Positions 57,232-64,000 of a stretch of DNA of 64,000 bases are shown piece by piece. The notes below the pieces were generated by a model. The model did no database searches, had not been told where the DNA came from, and worked only from the letters and a program-made list of their open reading frames with translations. The stretch spans positions 1 through 64,000 of the IMG/VR virus record IMGVR_UViG_3300047994_000277, one strand, 5' to 3'. The stretch is from a virus. Lineage: Duplodnaviria; Heunggongvirae; Uroviricota; Caudoviricetes. Both the position numbers and the translations under genes were made by a program. Each line of letters starts with the position of its first letter. Position 1 is the stretch's first letter.

Positions 57232-59139
57232 ATGGCCGTCACTACTACCGAACAGGAATATAAAAGACTTAGGTCTTATTTGAACCCCTACATTAAGGGT
57301 AAAAATACTGAAGCCATCCTCACGGCATTAGCATCTGGAAGCTCGTCTTATCTGATCAATAACGTTAGAGCGGTCAACGACATGCTCTACATCACCACGG
57401 CGGCAGGGGATTATCTCGACCAGCGCCTAGCTGACTTTGGTATTACCCGTCCACCTGCCATTGGTTTGTCCGATGAGGTTTTCAGCCAGATCGGTATTCA
57501 GGTTAAGAACCGCAAACAGGTCCGCGACCTGATCAATAACCTGCTTGACGCTATTTTTGGTGATGAATTCGTTCGTGCGTCCAACTCGGCTTCCCAATTT
57601 GAACCCTACGCCCTTACTAGCGGCGATACCCTAATTATCAATTTTGATGAAGCCAATACCGTAACGGTAACCTTCTCTTCAAATGACTTTGAAAACATTG
57701 CACAAGCGAAGGCTCAAGAGGTTGCAGATGCGATCACCAAATCTCTTAGAAACCAGGGATTCAGCGGTACTGCTATTGAAAAAAACGACGGTAACGGTCC
57801 TTATGTCGAGATCCTTTCAGATACTATTGGCCCTATCTCATCGGTTACTGTCCTAGGCGGAAGTGCTCAAAACCAACTGAAGTTCCCTGAGGTCGTTCCT
57901 GCCGGCGGCAACGCCTCCACGCAGTGGACCCTAAGTCTTCAGCCAGGCGGTATTGTCAGGTTCACTTGGACTGGTGGTGCAAACCCTCAACTTGGTCGCG
58001 TGAGCGATGGGAACTATGTCAACATTTTTGGCGGCGGGTTCGCCTCTTCTGCCAACCAAGGCAGTTACACCATTACCAAAGCTGTGGGCGGAGTTGCCGG
58101 CGTTTCTTATTTTGAAGTTGAAAACCCGCTCGGCACCCCAGGCGTTATCGTCCAAGGGCTCGACAATGCCGTTTCCTTCTACAATCCTGTCAGACAAACC
58201 AATGCCAGCCGCACTTCGTATGCTGCAGTGTATCAAGTTCAAAGCCGAGTCCTTCAGGTTTTCATTCCAGCCGCCACCAAGGTTATTCGCCGTAACCGCG
58301 TAGGATCGGCTCACCTTCACGACGCCCCCAATGGCGTGTTCACGTTCATGGCTCAGCCAAGCAGCGGAGATGTCTTTGACATTACCTCTACCCAAAGCCT
58401 ACGAGCTGGATCCGATTTCCCCATCGGTGGAACCATTGAGGCCACTGCTTTGAATTTCGTTGCTGCTCTTCAGAACGATATCGGCGGAATCGACCCTATT
58501 GCCGGAAACGATGACAAAGGCAACGTGATCGTTACCATCTGGAACGATTCCACGGCCAATACTTTGACCATCACCTATACGGGCTCAGCCGATGTCTTGG
58601 CAAGCGGACCTCTTGGGGATCCTACTTCTCTTGTGGCAGGTCAATCCGGGCCTTATATGTACGATACCACTCAACCTTTCGTGGTTAGTAACGTTGGATC
58701 GATCCTTTCGGGCGATTTGGACGGAACCATGTCCCGCGTGTTCGAAGTCGAGGATTCTTCCCAGTTTCCAGATGACATCGGCTATCTGATTTTCGGATAC
58801 GGAACTGAGAACCAGGAAGGACCCGTTCCTTACATCGCTCGCCCATCCGATAATACGCTTTTGATCAGCCCGTCTTACACCATTAAGAACGATCATCCAG
58901 CGGGCACCGACGTCGCCTTGGTTGCCGAGAAAGCGCCTGTAACGGTCTCTGGCGATGGCTTGAATTATCCTTTCTACATCACCGATGTGGTCTCTGGACG
59001 CGTTTACGTTCAGGAATTGATTAACAGCGTGGCCGCCACGGGTATCAGCATTGTTTTCACAATCTTGTATCCATCGGATATCGGCCTTGGAAAATGGGGT
59101 ACTCAGTACACCGAAAATCCAACCATTTGGGGTGAGTAA
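57232..59139 (+). CDS. tail fiber-like protein
   Basis: 635 aa. Contains one copy of the W-x-G-G-x-x-P repeat (FTWTGGANPQLG). Confidence 0.6.
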   Translation: MAVTTTEQEYKRLRSYLNPYIKGKNTEAILTALASGSSSYLINNVRAVNDMLYITTAAGDYLDQRLADFGITRPPAIGLSDEVFSQIGIQVKNRKQVRDLINNLLDAIFGDEFVRASNSASQFEPYALTSGDTLIINFDEANTVTVTFSSNDFENIAQAKAQEVADAITKSLRNQGFSGTAIEKNDGNGPYVEILSDTIGPISSVTVLGGSAQNQLKFPEVVPAGGNASTQWTLSLQPGGIVRFTWTGGANPQLGRVSDGNYVNIFGGGFASSANQGSYTITKAVGGVAGVSYFEVENPLGTPGVIVQGLDNAVSFYNPVRQTNASRTSYAAVYQVQSRVLQVFIPAATKVIRRNRVGSAHLHDAPNGVFTFMAQPSSGDVFDITSTQSLRAGSDFPIGGTIEATALNFVAALQNDIGGIDPIAGNDDKGNVIVTIWNDSTANTLTITYTGSADVLASGPLGDPTSLVAGQSGPYMYDTTQPFVVSNVGSILSGDLDGTMSRVFEVEDSSQFPDDIGYLIFGYGTENQEGPVPYIARPSDNTLLISPSYTIKNDHPAGTDVALVAEKAPVTVSGDGLNYPFYITDVVSGRVYVQELINSVAATGISIVFTILYPSDIGLGKWGTQYTENPTIWGE

Positions 59140-59561
59140 TGCCTAGTTTGCTTTTGACCGGCTCAAATATTAAGCTGTACATCAACAATAAGAACTATAA
59201 AGAAGTGCAGTCGATTAATTTTACCGTGGATTACGGTGAAACCGAAATCTATGGTATCGATACGCCGTACCCTCAAGAAGTAGCCACTACGCGCGTAAGC
59301 GTTCGTGGAACCGTTCAAGGTTTACGCATTAAGCTTAGCGGCGGTTTGCAGGGCGCAAATATTCGCCCGCTTTTCACCGATATCGCGGCAGCGCCTTATA
59401 TTTCACTTCGCATTTCAGACAGGTATTCTGGTGAAGACATTATCTTCATCCCTAACTGCAAAGTCACCCGCGAAAGTCATTCCATCCCAAGTAAAGGGAT
59501 TTACCGAATTACTTTCGATTTTGTGGGCCAGATTCCACTATTTGCACTAGATCGCGCTTAA
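59139..59561 (+). CDS. tail-associated hypothetical protein
   Basis: ATGA overlap with the fiber gene. Confidence 0.5.
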   Translation: MPSLLLTGSNIKLYINNKNYKEVQSINFTVDYGETEIYGIDTPYPQEVATTRVSVRGTVQGLRIKLSGGLQGANIRPLFTDIAAAPYISLRISDRYSGEDIIFIPNCKVTRESHSIPSKGIYRITFDFVGQIPLFALDRA

Positions 59562-59781
59562 GCTCTGCAATCTTGGCATCTTTTTGATCCAAGAGTTCAA
59601 GTAAGGCTGGAAGCGAGTTCATTGCAGCGGCACAGAACTGGGCATCGTCCCAAGTTTCTCCGACATGCTTCTTGTATTCAGGGGATACCAACCCACTACC
59701 TGCGTCGCTTTTTTACAAAGTTCTTTGAGAGTCTCGCGGTATTCTTCTGTAATAGTTTTAATAGTTACGATCTGGCTCATA

Positions 59782-60255
59782 TTATTTTCCTTTCAAGCAA
59801 GATTTGAAAAAAGCCTCGTGCTCCTCTTCAGCCCACTGCATTCCTTCGGCAGTGAGAATGATGTCATCGAACTTCAGCTTCTTGGCCTCGCGGATGATCT
59901 CTTTGTAGACATCTGCGCCCATGAGTTCTAGAATTTTAGCTCCCCACATGGCCGCGCGGTAGCCCATCACGTAACATCCGATCGAAACTGAACGTCCGAT
60001 TAAGAATAGAATCGAATCCATAACGACGTTGCTTTTGGTGCCAAATGACTTAAGAATTTCGTCCAGCTGTTCTCGATGATGCTGCTCTTCCAGCTGGATT
60101 TCTCTAATCTTCTTACCTTCCTTAGAGGTAAAAGGAAGGGTGCGCCAATGTCCCTCGTAAGCGTTGTACGCTCCGATCTCCACTGCATGAGCAAACTTGA
60201 GAAGAAAGATAAGTCTCTTCATGTCTTTGCTTTCAAAAGCTTCAACATCGCGCAA
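59782..60255 (-). CDS. ferritin-like di-iron carboxylate fold protein
   Basis: ExxH pairs (EEQHH, EEEH) about 84 aa apart, with upstream Glu residues. All-alpha. Confidence 0.45.
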   Translation of the reverse strand: MRDVEAFESKDMKRLIFLLKFAHAVEIGAYNAYEGHWRTLPFTSKEGKKIREIQLEEQHHREQLDEILKSFGTKSNVVMDSILFLIGRSVSIGCYVMGYRAAMWGAKILELMGADVYKEIIREAKKLKFDDIILTAEGMQWAEEEHEAFFKSCLKGK

Positions 60256-60779
60256 TACATGTAAAACGTGTTAACGGCATCATCGCAGCCGTCGTGTTTT
60301 TGGCCCCGGAAAGCCAGTCCGACCTTGGTCATGGAGCGTGCGAGGCCACCTTGGATGGGCTGACCGTTGGCAAATCTCCAAGAAACGAACAACGTTTTAG
60401 TGTCGATGTGACGCCTGCCAAAGCACCAGCCCTCGAAATGCGGATTTTCTTCTTTAAGCTGCTTAAGGAGTTCTCGATCATCTCCGCCACCCCAAGTAAT
60501 GGGATTAACGAAACAATCGTAGTTTGCGTGCATCTTTTTGACCCTATTGTAGGCCTCTTCCAAAGTGCCTGCATTTCGTACATCGTCATCGGTAATTCCG
60601 GTCAGTTCCGTAATGAAAGGAACGATGGGTTCACCAGGATTAACGAAAATAGAGAGTTTATCAAGTATTTGACCGGTAGCGATGTTACCGACGCAAGCAC
60701 CGATTTGAATGATCTTGCCCGAAGGCTGATTCATCTCTAGATCTATCGCAAGAAATATTTCAATTGGTTTCATGTTCAT
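60219..60779 (-). CDS. DEDDh 3'-5' exonuclease (DnaQ/RNase T-like)
   Basis: Exo I LAIDLEMN. Exo III HDGCDDAVNTF. Confidence 0.75.
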   Translation of the reverse strand: MNMKPIEIFLAIDLEMNQPSGKIIQIGACVGNIATGQILDKLSIFVNPGEPIVPFITELTGITDDDVRNAGTLEEAYNRVKKMHANYDCFVNPITWGGGDDRELLKQLKEENPHFEGWCFGRRHIDTKTLFVSWRFANGQPIQGGLARSMTKVGLAFRGQKHDGCDDAVNTFYMYCAMLKLLKAKT

Positions 60780-61224
60780 TTTTAGCTACTTTCGTTAGTC
60801 CGCAAGCCAGTCTAGACTTTTGTGTCTCTGGCAGCTTTTTTTGGACCAATCTGATGTATTTGATATTTCTGGGATAGCCAGGATAAACAGGACTTTCGTT
60901 ATACCGACCGGCATTATAGGCAGCGGTGACTTTGCACCAGTCTTCTTCGCCGTAATTATCGGCGTGCTTAGCCAAGTATTTGGCGGCATAAGTGGCGTTG
61001 ACTTTCGGATTCATCAACTCTTTGGTCTTGCCTTTAAATCCTAGCCAGCGAGCCGTAGCCTCTTTTACTTGGCAAATGCCGTAGCTAGGGCTACCGCCAT
61101 CTTTGTGGTTGTACGTCAGAGTGAAATCTTGGCTTTCATGAGAGCAAATTGCCACTAGCAAAACGGCAGAAACTTTTGCAGACATAGCCGCTTTAGTGAG
61201 AATTGCGAGAATAGTATTAGTCAT
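60760..61224 (-). CDS. lytic transglycosylase (SLT domain) with N-terminal hydrophobic segment
   Basis: ICSHESQ, YGICQV and AAYNAG motifs. The N-terminal 25 aa are hydrophobic (signal or SAR-like). Confidence 0.85.
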   Translation of the reverse strand: MTNTILAILTKAAMSAKVSAVLLVAICSHESQDFTLTYNHKDGGSPSYGICQVKEATARWLGFKGKTKELMNPKVNATYAAKYLAKHADNYGEEDWCKVTAAYNAGRYNESPVYPGYPRNIKYIRLVQKKLPETQKSRLACGLTKVAKNEHETN

Positions 61225-61296
61225 GAAATGACCTCCTACCCATATTATACACCGGCAGGTCGGTATTTCAAGATTTTAAATTTTAAGCAATATTAG

Positions 61297-61500
61297 CTAT
61301 TTACGGTCCGCGAACCTGTCTACGTTTAACGGACAGGCGTCTAGATCTTCTTTACTCTGAGGATAGCGCATTTGGCTTTCGAAGCCATACCAGAGGTCCC
61401 CATTGGCTAAAAGGACGCAATAATCCTTATTCAAGCTAATCACCGTTCCGGCTTGGCCGGTACCGATAATAACAACTTCGCCTTCTTTAAATTCTACCAT
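61297..61500 (-). CDS. small hypothetical protein
   Basis: ORF only. Confidence 0.4.
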   Translation of the reverse strand: MVEFKEGEVVIIGTGQAGTVISLNKDYCVLLANGDLWYGFESQMRYPQSKEDLDACPLNVDRFADRK

Positions 61501-61882
61501 CGGAACCTCTCATAGGACCTTTCACTTCAGGAGACCACTTTTGCGCTTTGGTACGATTACGACAACTAGGGGAATTAGAACAGATGCGATAATACCAAGT
61601 CGCACCCATTTTGTTATAGGTAAAAATCTCTAAGAATCCCGTACAGTTAGGTTCATTACAGGCCCATTCTTTTTTGATTTTCTCAAGAATCTCGCGACCC
61701 TGCTGGGCGCTATCATCTTGATAATGTTGTTCAATTGCTTCTTTTACGGACTCGTAGCGATCCAGATCGATTCTGGCGAGTTCTTTCCTAAGACGTCCCA
61801 CTTCTCTTTTAAGTCTTTGATTTTCATGGTTTAATCTCTGTTCTCTGCTGTACTCTTTGGAGCCGCGTTTCGATTTTCCCAC
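61487..61882 (-). CDS. hypothetical protein with Cys cluster
   Basis: Basic coiled N-terminus. CNEPNC...CSNSPSC. Confidence 0.45.
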   Translation of the reverse strand: MGKSKRGSKEYSREQRLNHENQRLKREVGRLRKELARIDLDRYESVKEAIEQHYQDDSAQQGREILEKIKKEWACNEPNCTGFLEIFTYNKMGATWYYRICSNSPSCRNRTKAQKWSPEVKGPMRGSDGRI

Positions 61883-62040
61883 AGTAGTCTCCTACCTTTG
61901 TGTCTCATTATATCCTAAAGATTGTACGTAAGTCATCCCCTATCCTGCTTTTGTGATAAATACGGGTAAGCACAGTAAAATGCTTATCCGTCTTACCCAT
62001 AATCTTAAGGGGTGAGTACTCTCATAGATAAGGAAGAACC

Positions 62041-64000
62041 ATGGCAGTTCAAAGGCGCGTAAATTGGATTTCACAGCAGCGTGTTGACGTCCCCGACATG
62101 CGATCGGTGGAATCTGCCGTTTCGAATGATTTTGACCAGTTAATTCAGGGATTTGTAACCGGAACCACTCAGGGTTATTTCGTTCGCGGATTCAACATTT
62201 TGATGGCCGGTGCCATCGGCGGTGCGGCTAGCGGTCTTCAGATGGCCGTGGACCCAGGTGCGGTCCTGCATATTGCAGCGAGTCAATCCGGTACTATGCT
62301 CATGGTCCCTGGTGGCACTTCTGCCCAGACTCTGAACGCAGCAACCAACACCAGCGTTACCGGTGCGTTCGCCCCAAGCGCGGTGAACTACGTTACCGTC
62401 GATTACCTTCGTTTCATCGACCCCTCGACCTCTGCTCAGGTCTACATTTGGAACCCAACTACCAACAACGAAACGACCAAGAACGCGCCGCGCGCACAGA
62501 TTCTTGAGTACGTCATTAACATTTCGACCGCAACTCCTACTTCGAATCTGCTCCCAGTTGCTACGGTCATTACCGACGCCAACAATAACGTCGTAAGTAT
62601 CCAAGACGACAGGCCTATGATTGGCCGTTTGGGTCGCGGTGGAATCACCCCGAACCCATTCTACGTCTTCCCATGGTCTCAGGGGCGCACAGAAAATCCT
62701 GCCGCGTCTACCTCTAACAGTGTTGATCCGTTCTCTGGCGGCGATAAATCTATCGGCTCGCTTAAGGACTGGATGGATGCCGTCATGTCCTCGATCCAAG
62801 AGATCAAAGGTACAACGTACTGGTATTCTCAATCATCGTCTGGATCCTTGGAATCCCTGCGAGAAGACCTTGGAAACACGGTCATCACAGGTAAGGGTTC
62901 GATCGATCACGGCGTGCTCCCTTCAGACAAAACGACTCCGACCCAAGCTGGTCAAATCAACTGGGATCAACCCATTAACATCAAAGTTATCGGTTCGGCC
63001 CTCACGTACAGCTTGCTCGCTAATCCTACGTCGGCAAACATCACTCTTAGCGATGACCAAGCTGCTTTCATCACTTTGGTTCGTGGTGTAGTCGTTACTC
63101 CAAATCTGATCTTCACCAACAGCATCCCTCAAGTTACTTCGGTCGGCGGAATCTCTTGGACCGGCCCTCTTCAGGCAGGCGACTATCTCAAGATGGCATC
63201 GGACACCGATGCTGGCTATTACCAAATCCAAAGCGTTGATTCGCTTACACAAGTCACCCTGGTTGGTAACTTCGTTGGTACCTCGACAGGCCCTGCTGGT
63301 GCCAAGGGCGCGTATGCGTTTGGTTCCTACACCAACTCGGCAACGCCAAGTACCGATCGCGACATCTACATTACTTCTCGTGAAGACGTTCCTGAAGGCG
63401 AAAATGTTTTCTGGCTATTCATGCGCACGGACAACGGTGGTTCTCAACCTCGCGTTTACATCCGTTTCCTGGGATCCGAACTCGACCAAGGTGAAGATCG
63501 TGACATTTCCGACTCGATCTCTCAAGAAAACTTGCTTTATATTGGCGCTGCAACGGCTGCAACATTTGCCCCTCTGTACGTTGCTGCTTACCAGTCTTAC
63601 CAAGGACTTATCGGCGGCGTTCTTCCTCAGAAAACACGCCTTACCTGTGGCGCCGGCAATACCATTACTGGTGGCCAGTACTTCCTGATCAATTCTTCTG
63701 CAAACGCCAGATCTTACTACGTCTGGTTTAAGGTCAGCGGCGTAGGCTCGGATCCAAAAGCTCCATTCACCAATAGCGGAATGGAAGTTGACATCCTGAC
63801 CAGTGACACTAGCGCGCAAGTGGCTTCTAAACTTGCAGCAGCGATGAATAACGAGCTTCCTTTCAAGGATTTCTCGGCAACCGTTTCTAGCAACGTTGTA
63901 ACGGTAACGAACAATTCATCTGGCGTATGTGTTAACGCATCAAATTTCAGCGTCGGCGCTCCCTTTGCCGTTGCTACGACTCAGGTCGGAACGGGCAGCG
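62041..64000 (+). CDS. tail fiber-like protein, 3'-truncated by window end (not in track)
   Basis: ATG at 62041 after an AAGGAAG Shine-Dalgarno. At least 653 codons with no stop. Contains the YYVWFKVSGVGSDPKAPF domain homologous to the giant fiber C-terminus. Confidence 0.65.
   Translation, partial: MAVQRRVNWISQQRVDVPDMRSVESAVSNDFDQLIQGFVTGTTQGYFVRGFNILMAGAIGGAASGLQMAVDPGAVLHIAASQSGTMLMVPGGTSAQTLNAATNTSVTGAFAPSAVNYVTVDYLRFIDPSTSAQVYIWNPTTNNETTKNAPRAQILEYVINISTATPTSNLLPVATVITDANNNVVSIQDDRPMIGRLGRGGITPNPFYVFPWSQGRTENPAASTSNSVDPFSGGDKSIGSLKDWMDAVMSSIQEIKGTTYWYSQSSSGSLESLREDLGNTVITGKGSIDHGVLPSDKTTPTQAGQINWDQPINIKVIGSALTYSLLANPTSANITLSDDQAAFITLVRGVVVTPNLIFTNSIPQVTSVGGISWTGPLQAGDYLKMASDTDAGYYQIQSVDSLTQVTLVGNFVGTSTGPAGAKGAYAFGSYTNSATPSTDRDIYITSREDVPEGENVFWLFMRTDNGGSQPRVYIRFLGSELDQGEDRDISDSISQENLLYIGAATAATFAPLYVAAYQSYQGLIGGVLPQKTRLTCGAGNTITGGQYFLINSSANARSYYVWFKVSGVGSDPKAPFTNSGMEVDILTSDTSAQVASKLAAAMNNELPFKDFSATVSSNVVTVTNNSSGVCVNASNFSVGAPFAVATTQVGTGS

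Noticed and set aside
1-64000. CRISPR arrays, integrase or transposase genes, and rRNA.
   Set aside because: No regularly spaced direct repeats, no tyrosine or serine recombinase or DDE motifs, and no rRNA-like conserved stretches were seen.

Overview
The window reads as part of a large tailed dsDNA phage or prophage genome, built from alternating strand blocks. Block 1 (1..1667, minus) has four small hypothetical genes. 1668..4033 is a 2.3 kb gene-poor divergent region with short direct and inverted repeats. Block 2 (4034..36331, plus, about 60 tightly packed genes, many with overlapping stop/start codons) carries: secreted or lipoproteins; a tRNA-like gene; a host-like membrane island (SPFH lipoprotein, DUF1003-like, coiled-coil proteins); a complete three-component ABC importer whose substrate-binding protein is fused to an OmpA-like domain; an HNH endonuclease; a macro-domain protein; class I RNR (nrdB, nrdA); an RNA-repair cluster (pol-beta nucleotidyltransferase, T4-like polynucleotide kinase-phosphatase, Rnl2/Rnl5-like RNA ligase, SLOG-like protein); a lambda-type PPP phosphatase; peptide deformylase; ThyX; HAD phosphatases; an Rrf2 regulator. 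Block 3 (36724..39087, minus) holds MazG and a PagL-like outer-membrane protein. Block 4 (39221..59561, plus) is a tail module: tape-measure-like protein, beta-helix spike, a LysM-containing 927 aa protein, and giant repeat-rich fibers of 2187 aa and 635 aa. It is interrupted by a minus-strand peptidase islet (46369..47778). Block 5 (59782..61882, minus) has a ferritin-like protein, a DEDDh exonuclease and an SLT lytic transglycosylase. A further fiber-like ORF starts at 62041 and runs off the window end; the ORF track omits it. No capsid, portal or terminase genes are visible in this window. All functional calls come from motifs read by eye in the translations; no database search was possible.
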